From NCBI RefSeq assembly GCF_009914755.1, contig NC_060931.1: a stretch of 64,000 nt of DNA. One strand, 5' to 3'. Each line of letters begins with the position of its first letter. Within the stretch, counting starts at the first letter, position 1. The stretch is from the human T2T-CHM13v2.0 reference genome, Homo sapiens. Below, piece after piece: positions 48,236-64,000 of the stretch. The position numbers and the translations under genes were made by a program. Under the pieces are notes generated by a model. It was not told the DNA's origin. It made no database searches and was given only the letters and a program-made list of their open reading frames with translations.

Positions 48236-49175
48236 CAGTGAATAGAAATTGTCTTCCCCTAGTTCCTCAGGCAGGATGAGGACTTTCTTTGAAATCTTAT
48301 CACTGAAGGGCATACAATTGCTCTCTGGTTTAAAATAATGCTATAAACTTTGTATAATTCATGAAAAGGTATTTTAAGATGGTAGCATCAAAAGTGTGCT
48401 TTATAGGAAAAGAAGTTATCTCTTCTTACACTCATGAAGTCTTTTTTGATGAAACCCATCACAACTCTTTGTCACTGTGTATGATTATGAGCCATTTAGT
48501 TAACCTGCCTCAAGATGGAGTTTGATCAGCAATTGTGGAATTCTCAGCAAGATTAATAGTTTTGAGACTCTTCATTAAAAAATAAAAACGCTGCTAAGGA
48601 AATGTCAAAAATTCAGATGTATTCTTTGGTTTCACTTTTAAAAGTAGATGAATGTATGGTTCTTGAAAATTTCATTATATATCTCACATAGGACAATTGA
48701 TATTACGGTACTTTCACTCTTGAAGATTAACTACCTTCCTTTAGTTTTGTTCGTTTAGTTAAGAGTTTAGAGTTTCCTGGAGCAAACATTTACTGGAGAT
48801 TCCATTGTCAGCATTTTTAAACTGTCATCTTAATTATACATAAAATTTTATATACTTTGTTTCAAGGCATTGTGTAACAAGGTATTCAATGAATACTTCT
48901 ATAAATCCCTGCATTTTTAGTATGCTTCTGAAAGCTCAAGTTTCGATCTTGTCTCCTGATAAGAAAACATGCTTGATTTCATACTTAATCTTAGAGAAAT
49001 GATTGAAGTTAAGTTCTTGGTTTAAAACACATTTTAAACTACATATTTGTTTTCCAATGATGAATGAGTCCACATTATTTTTTAAAATGCCAACTGTGCA
49101 ACTCATCATTCATCCAGTGCCTCCCCAGGTGTCTATTTTCTCTAGTCCACATTGCAAGCAGTATAGATTGCATGC

Positions 49176-49549
49176 TGTATTGGTCCATTCTCATGCTGCT
49201 ATAAAGGATTGCCTGAGACAGGGTAATTTATAAAGGAAAATGGTTTAATTGACTCACAATTCTGCATGGACAAGGAGGCCTCAGGAAACTTACAATCATG
49301 GTGGAAGGGGAAGCAAACACATCCTTCTTCACATGATGGCAGGAAGAAGAATCGGTGACCAGCAAAGGAAGAAACTCCCTACAAAACCATCAGATCTTGT
49401 GGGAATTCACTCACTGTCACTAGAAGAGAATGGGGAAAACTGCCCCCATGATTCAATTATCTCCACCTGGTCCCTCCCATGGCAGATGGAGATTATGGGA
49501 ACTACAATTCAAGATGAGATTTGGGTGGGGACACAGCCAAACCATGTCA
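49176..49549 (-). mobile_element. THE1 (THE1C-like) solo LTR
   Basis: tgtattggtccattctcatgctgct...gagatttgggtggggacacagccaaaccatgtca; TSD CATGC/CACAC, consistent with ancestral CACGC decayed at its CpG on opposite strands. Confidence 0.92.
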
Positions 49550-49785
49550 CACACCAAACACAAAACAATCTCTTTATCAAGCTTATCATCTCAAAACATT
49601 GCACAAGCTAGAAGTGGTCCCAGAAGATGTTTACTTAACCAATTTTTTTTCATATAGTGTTATCATGTCCCTTTCAAAGGTAGTGAAATACTCTCCAAAT
49701 CACAAAATCTTTGAGATTATTGTATTAAACTAGATATTAATAGCCTTAATCTTAAACATAATTTTGACATACACGGATTTGTTTG

Positions 49786-50272
49786 AGAAGACACATGCAT
49801 ACACATGTTAGATGGAGTTCTATTCACAATAGCAAAGACATGGAATCAACCTAAATGCCCATCAATGATAGATTGGATAAAGAAAATGTGGCACATATAC
49901 ACCATGGAACACTATACAGCCATAAAAAAGAACAAGATCATGTCCTTTGCAGAGACATGGATGGAGCTGGACACTATTATCCTTAGCAAACTAACACAGG
50001 AACAGAGAACCAAATACTACATATTCTCACTTATAAGTGAGAGCTAAATGATGAGAACACATGGACATATACAGGGGAGCAACACTCACTGGGGCCTATT
50101 GGAGGGTGGAGGGTTGGAGGAGGGAGAAGTTTAGAAAAAATAACTAAAGGGTACTAGGTATAGTACTTGGGTGATGAAATAATCTGTACAACAAACCCCA
50201 TGACACAAATTTAGCTATATAACAAACCTACACATGTACTCCTAAACTTAATATAAAAGTTTTTTTAAAAAA
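49786..50272 (+). mobile_element. L1PA11-13-like 3' end
   Basis: ORF2 C-terminus ORF 49805-50047 followed by 3' UTR and A-tract. Confidence 0.88.
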
Positions 50273-50656
50273 GCACATAGATTTCAGTTTCATTAGGTTT
50301 CTTTATATATTTTTTGAATAAATAATCATTTACATTGTTTATATTTAGTAATAGTATGACTTCTGAAAAAAAAACGTTGTAATTCAGTATGTGCAACAGT
50401 GAATCTAGATTACATCTCAGTGAGAAAAGTCATTGTGCCCCAGCAAGCAACCAACACATACTTAGCACTAGAAATGATGTCCTTAGACCATGAGTTTTTT
50501 TGACTCATTACTGAAGAAATACAAGTTACAGTACTTCTTGCTTAAGTTTTGTTAAATTATATAGAGTCAAACCAAAAACATGTGATGTAAAATAAGCAGT
50601 TTTAAAGGGATTTCTTTATAATACTAAAAGCTGCTTCCAGTGGTGATTATGTGGGC

Positions 50657-51180
50657 CATTCATTCATTCAGTAAATATGTGTTGAGCACCTCCAATGAGA
50701 CAAATTTTCTGGGTACTCGGAATAACGAGATGAACCAGACACATCGCGATTCTGCTCTTATGGAACTTGTATTCTACTGCAGAGGAGTTGGGGGCTGGGT
50801 AGCCAGCAGTAACCAATAAACCTAGAAGAAACTATCACCAACAGCTGGTTCTAAAAAGACAATAAAAAGCAGATTATGTAATACCCAATGTTGAGTGGTA
50901 AAACCCTAGTTGGCTAGTCAGAAAAGGCCTTTCTGAGAAGGTGACAGAACAACTACTTCAAAGCCCTACACTAAGAAGTAATTTGGAGTGTGTCTGGGGC
51001 ACACAGCCAAAGGGGAAAGACAGAGACAATGATTAACAGGACCCAACTCATGTACAGTCTATAAACTTTAGAAGCAGTTTTGCTTTTATTACAAGTTGGG
51101 AAATTATTGGATTGCTATGAGCAGGAGAAAGGGGTTGGTTAGAGACCATGGATCCAACTGTGTTTTTAAAAGATCACTAT
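50657..51180 (-). mobile_element. L2 3' end
   Basis: cattcattcattcagtaaatatgtgttgagcacc...ctgctcttatggaacttgtattcta...aggcctttctgagaaggtgaca. Confidence 0.75.
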
Positions 51181-51397
51181 ATGAAACATAATATATTATT
51201 CAATTTTAACAAGAATGCTTACTAGATTTTTAACTTTTGATGAAGAACTTAATGAATGTATTTTTGGACGACACACTCTTAAATGTCCCCTATGAGTCGC
51301 ACACCTGTATAATTCCCTACTTTTCGTGTAAGCAGATCATGTGACTTGCTTCTAACCAACAGAAAGATCACGAGGAAATAGTTTACAAGATTAAAAA

Positions 51398-52093
51398 AGA
51401 GCTGAGTTCAATTCCTGGGTATCTTTGTTAACTTTCTGTCTCGTTGATCTGTCTAATATTGACAGTGGGGTGTTAAAGTCTCCCATTATTATTGTGTGGG
51501 AGTCTAAGTCTCTTTGTAGGTCACTCAGGACTTGCTTTATGAATCTGGGTGCTCCTGTATTGGGTGCATCTATATTTAGGATAGTTAGCTCTTCTTGTTG
51601 AATTGATCCCTTTACCATTATGTAATGGCCTTCTTTGTCTCTTTTGATTTTTGTTGGTTTAAAGTCTGTCAAATGTCCAACAATGATAGACTGGATTAAG
51701 AAAATGTGGCACATATACACCATGGAATACTATGCAGCCATAAAAAATGATGAGTTCATGTCCTTTGTAGGGACATGGATGAAATTGGAAATCATCATTC
51801 TCAGTAAACTATCGCAAGAACAGAAAACCAAACACCGCATATCCTCACTCATAGGTGGGAATTGAACAATGAGAACACATGGACACAGGAAGGGTAACAT
51901 CACACTGTGGGGACTGTTGTGGGGTGGGGGGAGGGGGGAGGGATAGCTTTAGGAGATGTACCTAATGCTAAATGACGAGTTAATGGGTGCAGCACACCAG
52001 CATGGCACATGTATACATATGTAACTAACCTGCACATTGTGTACAAGTACCCTAAAACTTAAAGTATAATAATAATAAAATAAAAATTAAAAA
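51398..52093 (+). mobile_element. L1PA3-like insertion with 5' inversion (twin priming)
   Basis: 51398-51669 antisense ORF2 endonuclease segment; 51670-52093 sense ORF2 end, 3' UTR and tail; 14-bp TSD AAGATT(A/T)AAAAAGA (51387-51400, 52094-52107). Confidence 0.93.
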
Positions 52094-55000
52094 AAGATTT
52101 AAAAAGATTGTTAAGTTTATTGCAATAAGCTAATTGAAAACATCATTTCTTTGTTATGCCTGCAGTTTCACTTTGCATGTCTTCTTTCCTCAAACATGCT
52201 CTCTACTCCATCCTCCACATAGCAACCAGAGGGGCTTTTCTAAAATTTTTCAATTACTTTTTCTCCTTTAGTGCCCCTTTTGGAGTGAAACAATAAATTT
52301 CTGACCCCTTGCCTCAGCATAGAAGTCCTCACATAATGTGTCCCTGTTTAATGTTCTAGCTTCATCCTTCACAATTGTCTTATATGCCTGCTATACTTAA
52401 CTAATTTTAATATTTAGCAAGTAAAACATTTTTATGTGCCTCCAGACCTTTGCCCAAGCTGATCTCTTTCTCTGGAATATTCTGGCTCCACCTGCAATTC
52501 TTAAGTAAAGCTGAAAGTTAAAAAGCACAGTAATTCACTAAGAGCCCTATATTTGCATAGGCATCAATTTCATTCAGGCACCTCCATCTAAGTTTGAGAA
52601 CATTTGCTTTGCCACAAATTTCAATCAGTTTCTATCCACTAAAACTCATGTACAGATTCTGAACTACTTGCACACAATAGAAAAAAAATAGTAAACCAAA
52701 CCTCTCCTCTCCATTATTTAATATTTGTCTCTCCCCCTTCACTAAAATAAGAGCAGCCACATTACAGGTAGGTAAGGGGAAATAAAGACATCAACAACTA
52801 AGTTTAAGTCATTTTTAACAAAGCCAAATTTAGATTTGGCCAGGGCTTAGTTGGATCATAGCAGGCATTATAATTCATTATAAATTAATGCTGTTCTGCA
52901 TTTTAATGTTTTTATCCTGTCATCTAAATACAGCTATAATTATATAACAGTACTTATTATTATTTTTCTAGTAAATACCAAAAAAGTCATTTTCATACAG
53001 GATAATTTGGCATCATAGCTAATTTCTATAGCAGATATTTTTCTTCACTTTTGTGTTAGATTTTATACTATATTCAAGTACATTTTTCATCAAAATGAAA
53101 TAAAGATAATTTTAATATCTATAACTTAGCCCCTTAGGCTACTTAATATACATGGAATACCCAACTGTTGATACCAGGTATTTTTTTAGAGTAGTTTGGT
53201 ATTTCATATTTGACTTCAACTGTGCTTAATCAGTACATTGCAAAAAATATGAACATTATAATTGTTATAGTAAAAGGGACTCTAAAAATGAATATTAAAG
53301 TAAATATAATATTTCTTAGTCATTTAAAAATCACTTTCTTCTATTATATGCCTTTCCTAGCATGCCAAACCCATTGTCTATTTTTATTTAACATTGTTAT
53401 CTTTTTAAAGCAAATTTTCTATTTTTATAAATCAAAGGGGTTAATATTGCACATAAAATGCTCTTTTTCCTCAGAGTGAGGGGGAAATAAATGGCACTGG
53501 AAGGAGTATTGGGTCTCTACATCATCTACCTACACTCTCAGTATAAATGAAAGACTTTCATCATCTCACTTTAATTCTTCTCACTCTCAGTGTTCTATAC
53601 CATATTTGAGATGACCAGGTCCTTTACAGTTGGTGACATCATTCTACTTTTGGTGACATCATCCTACTTTTACTGTCCTCTCTATCAAGCTCAGACCCCA
53701 TTATACATTCTTCCAAATCTTCTCATTAATATTTTTCTCTGCCATCTTCTTTGGCCTTTCCTCCTACCCATCTGCCAAAATCCCATCAAGTATTCTCCAT
53801 CTCTGGGCTTGCTTTTAGGTTGCTGAAGTCAGCTAGAAAACAAATAATCAGCCCTAATGGGGCAGATTGTAGCTTTCCAATTTCACTGATTCCAATAATG
53901 CCTAAGAAATGCATTAGGCATTTGGACACATAGCAAGTGCTACATATACTTGGTGAACTGAATTTAAAGTTTAAAAACTATCCTTCAGAGTCTTTATCAG
54001 CCACTCTATTCTTCAACAAAAATCTTCAAATACAGGAATAATATACTGTTACGCCACTCACAGCTTGTTTCAGTCAAGGAACTAATTAAGAGTAAGAGTA
54101 TTTTGGCAGTTAGGACAAAACTTCACCAGAGAAAAAGCCATTTCCTACTCTGGCTTTAGGAAGCATACTTAGCTAACATAAACCTGAGTCCAAAGTGAAA
54201 GAGGCAGGCAAGTTTATAGGAAAAGAAAGAAAATTAAACTCCTACCTAGTCTATTTTGCTCTATGGAAATTATCAGATTGCCATGTCTTAGAAAATGAAA
54301 TGTAAGTTTACCATAAAAAGCTAGTGTGTTTACTGGAGCTGTAGAAATCCATCTACCAAGAGGCAAGATGATGATGAACACAGATAAACTTTATGACTCA
54401 CTCTCTATTTGAAATAAGTGTCTGCAAAAAACTGCTCCTAAGCAACCCTCAATTGATTTTACTGGTGTAAACTGTATGTGTTTTTTCCTTATGAGCCATG
54501 TCTGCCTAAAACCAAATTTACCCTATTTCTGTTGTTGCTGTTGTTGATTTTTAATGTAACCCAAGGTTTCTCAAGTTATTGTTCTAGCACTACCCATATG
54601 TAATATGTTTAAGGTAGGGACCTGCCAATGTCTTTCTCATTGGCCATTTATTGTTTCATTCACCTAGACCTTTATCTGTGTAACAGTGATAAGATTTAGC
54701 TCATCTGTCAGCTGCCTGTACAATAATTCTTTTCTATTCCTCTATAAGAAAATCGGAGTTTAAAAAATTTATTCCTTTACAATCATAATGTATTGCTAAA
54801 GTCTTTTAACAGCTGTATCTAAATCTATATTTTACATACATGTATTTATTATTTAAAATAATTCTTTCTTTGAAATTTACAGTTAAAGAATCCTAGAACT
54901 ATTTTAATACATATTTCAAAATTCATTTAATGTACAGACCATCAAGCAGAAGATAAAAAGATGTATTTTTATTAGCAAAGAGCAAATGAGTGGTTTAAAA

Positions 55001-55884
55001 ATTAGTCTCCTACCTGTCATGCCTAGTGAATATTTATGGGAAAAATATCAAGAACCTGGCTTGATTACTGACTTTTCTTTCTGATCACTTCAACACAATT
55101 TATGTAGAAATTCAGTTTTGCCTAAATAATTGTCAAGATCAGGGTATAAAAGCTTAATTTAATATTTCCTGCACAAACATAATGTGGTTACATTTCCATT
55201 CTCCCCATTTTCTCATCTTTTAATTCAAGATGCTTTTTATATTCTCTCCCCTGCCCCCAGACTCCCACATTCAATCAGTTTCTACAACCTCCACCCACTC
55301 ACAAAAATATCTCTACCATCAGACATCTTCTGTCCATGTCAGCTGCTATAAACATGTTTTGGGTATTCAGTACCTCTTAAGTGGCAAACTTAACTTCATA
55401 ACCTTTCATGAATTTTCTTCACTAATCTAGTTGCTTTTAGCCTTTAGAGAGTTTCGGATTCCTTTGAAAATCTGATGACAGCTTGAGATCCTCTTACCAG
55501 AAAAATCCCATACACACAAAATTTACCACGCAATTTCTGGTGCTTAGCAGAGTTAGAAAAGGGAAACCACAAGTATTAGTTCAAAAATTTTGTCTTCTCT
55601 CCCTCATTTCCAATCTACCCTTACCCCGCTGTCACATCAGCCATACTAATGTATTGGCAAATCATATTCATGTCCTTGATAAACCTTTTTAATTCCACTG
55701 TCTGTCGAACTAAATCTAAATCTGTATTCTGGACTCAAAATTCTGTGAGCTACAGCCTTTGTTCCAATGCGACACATCATTATTTTCTCTGTAGATCCTA
55801 TATTCTAACCCAAATTCATAATCGCCAAATTTACTCCCTTGCCGTCCTTTCTTTGCTGATTTCCTCTGCATAAATTCTCTCTAT

Positions 55885-56020
55885 ACTAATTAAAATATGC
55901 TGATGCCTAGGTCCCAAACCAACAGATTCTGAGTAAATTGTTCTGGGGTACATCAGGGGCACCAGTTTTTAAAGCTCCCCAGGTGTCTCTAATGTGTAGC
56001 AAAGTTTAAAAATCACTGAG
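55885..56020. mobile_element. MER5A-like fragment within L2-derived DNA
   Basis: aaaatatgctgatgcctaggtcccaaaccaacagattctgagtaaattg...aagctccccaggtgtctctaatgtgtagc. Confidence 0.65.
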
Positions 56021-56094
56021 ACAGATTATATATCAAATACCCCAATCTCTCAGTTCTTTCTCCGTCTTGATCTTTGCCTTCAGCTCAATGTCAG

Positions 56095-56800
56095 AAGGTA
56101 ACATAGGAAAATGTTCTTAAAACCAAATGAAAGGCAATGCTTTCTTAAATAGGATACAAAAAGCACCAGCCATAAAGGAAAAGGTTGTTCAATTTGATTT
56201 CATTAAAATAAAGAGCTGATCATCACAAGACATCAAACTGGAAGAAGATATTTATATTTATCTGACAAAGTGTTCATATCCATAATATACTTAGAACTCC
56301 TGCAAATTAATGTACGACAAAAGAGCAGAAAATATTTTTTGTTGTTGTTGTTTTTTTTGAGACTGAGCCTTGCTCTATCGCCCAAAATGGAATGCAGTGG
56401 CGCAATCTTGGCTCACCGCAACCTCCGCCTCCTGGGTTCGAGAGAAAGCATTTTTAAGTGTACAAAAGACTTGAACAGGCATTTTACTAATGAGCTATCC
56501 AGTGGGCAATAGTAAAATAACGGGTTGGTCAAATGCATGAGTCATAAGGAACATGCAAATATAAACCACAACAAAATACCACTACATATCTAGCACATCA
56601 AAGAAATAGTTTGGCCATGAAAAGTGGTGGCATGCAAATTCAGAATGGGAATTCTCTCAGACTGCTCATCCACATGTAAAAATACATTGGAAAACTATTT
56701 GGCAGTACCTATTAAAGCTGAACACAGCTGAATATATTCATCTTTGTGACCTGCTAGAAATTCTACTCTTAGGTATCATCTCCAAAATGTGTTTTATGCA
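56095..56800 (+). mobile_element. L1ME fragment
   Basis: tttcttaaataggatacaaaaagcac...tacaaaagacttgaacaggcatttt...ggcagtacctattaaagctgaac. Confidence 0.7.
56335..56439 (-). mobile_element. Severely 5'-truncated Alu (right-arm end)
   Basis: (TTG)n/T tail plus gagactgagccttgctct...gcaacctccgcctcctgggttc. Confidence 0.88.
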
Positions 56801-58373
56801 TTTATGTGTGTGTATGTACATACAATGAAATTTCAATGTATATTTTCATAAACCAGATTTTGTATGTACACACACACGACAAGTAATGCATATGAGTATT
56901 GCACATTCTCCTATAGCCAGAAGGTAGTAGTAGCCTACGACAACTGACTTACTCATGCATGAGATTTTTGAGGGCACCATATTTGCCAGATGAAATTTCT
57001 AACATCCAAGAAGTAATTAAGTTTTCTTAAAACAGCATCTGGATCCTTAATATAATTTTACTGTTCTTTAAAAATATGAAAGTATTATCATGATTAAAGG
57101 GAAAATGTTTTCTTCTCTCAATGTTACAGTTGACTCACTATATTTCAGATAGAGGCAATGCTAGATCAATTTAGGTCAACAAGTTTATCATTTCCGTTAA
57201 AATAGAGTTTAAATATTGGTTGGATAGCAAATGCTATGGTTACTCCCAGCTAAAACCACCTGTTATATGCAGTGTTACCAATATAGAATAATTTTATTGT
57301 CTGTTAAAAAATTTACTGTGACATATTTAAAGACTAAACTTTCAACCACAAAAAAGCAATTCTCTTTTGTAGATAATCTATATAGGACATATTAGTTCAG
57401 AGAAGATCCAATAATCTAGTTACCAGTGCTTATATATTTATGATGCTGTTATTTACGTACTTTCATTAAATGATGGTTAGCTTTTTATGTCCTAAAAACA
57501 AACAGCATTGTGAATTCTACCTCCTCCTTCTCTTATTTGTTCTAATAATGTGCTTTTAACTGCCTGGATAAACCTGGTCAATGTTTCATCATATAAGTGA
57601 TTCATTAAGGTCACAAAATTCCAAAAACCTTAGGATTACATCCAGCATTCAGATTTATAGCATCTGAAACCATACTGTTTAGTGCAAGCTATAATTTTTA
57701 TAACTAAAAGTATAAATTTGACAAATTAATAAGAATCATTAAAATATTTATTTAAAAGACATATTTCTGCTGCCTTTATTAGAAAGCTTTTAAAATAGCT
57801 AGAAATTACATCCAAATGATGTTAACATTATACTTACTGGCAGAAAAGTAGTATTAATTTTCAGAACTATGTTTAGACAACAAAAAAAGAAAAAAAGAAA
57901 AATCTTAAAATAAACCTATGTTGGTATAAAGAACAGAAAGCGTACCTCTCTGCCACTTCTCCAAAATATGTTTTAGAGACTACTTGCTGTGGAAGATATT
58001 CTGGGGTGTAGCAGGACGGGCAAAGGGAAGAGTTCCATGATCAAATAAGTTTAAGAAATGCCTCATAATTTATAAAGTACATTAGCAATATAAAACCATA
58101 GGAACACAAACACATTTTTCCATTTCAAATAAGAATTTGGCTCTAACGTGAGCTAAAGAGTCACAATTTGTATATTCACAAGTATAGGATTTATTAGAGG
58201 TTTTTGAAATCTTATACACTGCCTGGGCAAATCACACGATACAGAGGAACAGTAAAAACATAGTTTAGGTCATATTCTCCGGAATAAAAAAAATAGAATC
58301 TTGCCTGGCTGACTAGTTATCTGAAAACAATTTGTTTTTTATTCGTGGAACATATGTAAATACCTTTCTTCAA

Positions 58374-58377
<4 letters not shown>

Positions 58378-58405
<28 letters not shown>
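58378..58405. repeat. (GT)n microsatellite
   Basis: Pure GT run. Confidence 0.95.
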
Positions 58406-58568
58406 AGCATAGAAAGTAGTATTTTTTTAAGTATTTACTCCTCACCCCAACCCCTGCCCTCAAAGTTTAGAGATTTAAAAGGAAGTGGAATCTGTAACAA
58501 TTCTAATACAATTGTCAATAGAAAACCTTGCTTTTTGTTTATAATTGTGTACAAATTGTTTTTCTTGA

Positions 58569-62035
<3,467 letters not shown>

Positions 62036-62269
62036 AAACAACTTTTGGCCCTTTCTAGGCATTTCATTATTCTTCAACTTTCATGATATTAATTAAAGTA
62101 ACACCACACCAAACAAGCCCAAAATGCATTCTGTCATAAACTCAGTTTTGAAGCAGGATCAATATGCACTGTTTACCAACTTTTATGAATCCAGTAAGAT
62201 AAAACACATACACATGATAACTTAAGGGTCTGTGCTGTGGTTCACCTATAGGGGCCTTCTTGCAAAGGC

Positions 62270-64000
62270 TCTAAACTGCATCCCTATCTGCCACTCCCAT
62301 CTCAAGTAGCATTAGATCTACTGGGTCATATGGCCCAAGTGGCAGAGCAGCTTGCACAGGAACCTGGACTTGTTGCAGAGCCTTCTCCTGTTCTGAGCCC
62401 CACTCAGAACTCTGGCAACTTTCCAGGTCACTTGGTAAATGGGCAAGAGTAACACACCCAAATGAGCAATGTGTTCCCTCCAAAATCTAAATAGGTCTAC
62501 TAAGTGTTATGCCTGTTTCTTGGTTGTAGGAGGGGCCAGATACAAAAACTTATCCCTCACCTTAGAAGGAATATTTAAACAGGCCCCATACCAGTGGACC
62601 CCTAGAAATTGTATTAAAGTAGAAGTCCTCTCAATTTTAGGCAGATTTATTTCCCACCCTCTGACAAGCAAATGTATAACCAGTAAGTCTAGATGGTTGC
62701 TACTTCTGCTCACTAGGTCCAATTAGCGTAACGTCATCAATGTAATAGACCAGTGTGGCATATTGTGGAAGGGAAAGATGATCAAGATTCTTGTGAAGTA
62801 AATTATGACATGGTGTTGTAGAATTGATACACCCCTGAAGTAGGGCAGTGCAGGTGTATTGCTGGCCTCACTAAATAAACGCAAACTGCTTCTGGTGGGC
62901 CTTACAGACAGGTAGGGAGATAAAGCATTTTGCCAGATTAATAGCTGCATACCAGGTACCAGGAAATGCGTTAATTTGCTCAAACAATGAAACCACCTCT
63001 GGTGCAGCAGCTACAGAGTCACCACTTGATTAAGTTTTTGATAATCCACTTTGATTCTCCAGGATCCACCTGTCTTCTGTACAGGGCAAACCAGAGAATT
63101 GAATGGGCTGTGATGGGAATCACCACCCCTGCATCTTTCAAGTCCTTTATGGTAGCACCAATCTCTGCAATCCCACCAGGCATGTGGTATTGCTTTGATT
63201 TACATTTTCCTAGGTAGAGGCAGCTCTGATGGCTTTCATTTGTCCTTCACTACCACAATAGCCCTCACTTCATAGGTTAGGGAAGCAATGTAGAGATTCT
63301 CCCAGCTACAAACTATCTTTATTACAATTATGCATTCTGGACTGGAGAAATAAACACAGGATGAATTGAGGGACCCAGCTGACCCACTGTGAGCCAGACC
63401 TGAGCTAAAATTCCAATGATCACCTAACTTCCATAAAAAGCTTCTACTCTAACTGGTGGGCCACAGCGAGTCCCTGAAATTAACATCAGTTCCCAGCTAA
63501 TTTTCAGTAGTCCCCCAAAAAGCTGATTTTTTCCTTTCCCCCAGTGCACAGTTAGTTACCCTGGTAAAAGGCATAGGTCCGTTTGGGGACGGCTGGCAGA
63601 AATATTAACACTATGAGGTTCCAAAAGTATACTTGAGTCCTTACTTGGGAGGACCCAGCCTCTCCTTCATTTAAGGAATTTTGGGTCTGTAAACCGACTG
63701 AAGTCTGGGAATTGATTAAAGGGCTGTGATTCTCTGTTTTAATAATTTGAGTTAGACTTTTGTTCATTTTACCTGTATAAGTTTTCTGCTTATACAGATC
63801 AAGTCAGAATGTAATCCATTTCACTTCTGGGAACACCTTAATTAAGTAGCCAATGGCATAGGTCTACATGAGCCAGACTATTGTGATTGCTGCTTTACCT
63901 CAGCCCTCTGTTATGGTAACTATGGCAACCTTGCCTTTGATGGTCAAATGCTGCCACTTGGCCTTGTCGCCTCAGGATTTTATTGCATTTAAGTTTTTCA
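62270..64000 (-). mobile_element. ERVL (HERVL/ERVL-B4/E-type) internal gag-pro-RT remnant, continuing past the window end
   Basis: Minus-strand peptides GWEINLPKI...FLGVHWYGAC...LAPPTTKKQA and WGSEQEKALQQVQ..VQAALPLGPYDP; many frameshifts; no LTR seen at the left boundary. Confidence 0.88.

Overview
AT-rich, repeat-dense primate genomic DNA, probably human or great ape (AluJ/S, L1PA3/4/7, THE1/MST and HERV-S elements are present). No protein-coding gene is recognisable. Nearly all long ORFs in the track are remnants of L1 ORF2, ERV gag/pol or Alu, or chance ORFs in GC-rich or low-complexity DNA. One CpG island (~28.4-29.05 kb) looks like a promoter, possibly bidirectional, with a consensus minus-strand donor at its left edge and a clean plus-strand exon candidate at 29295-29371. 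I cannot name the gene. I found no new enzymatic system. The most interesting signals are structural: (1) a 50-bp, 98%-identical inverted templated insertion inside ancient L1ME DNA; (2) an L1PA4 carrying a short 3' transduction; (3) a twin-primed L1PA3 lacking ~3.1 kb; (4) a 3'-truncated but A-tailed, TSD-flanked AluJ; (5) a 3.1-kb, two-LTR HERV-S (LTR18/HERVL18) provirus with many internal deletions, whose LTRs differ in AP-1/bZIP motifs. Repeat family names come from recognising consensus sequences by eye, not from a database search. Boundaries of the old repeats are approximate.
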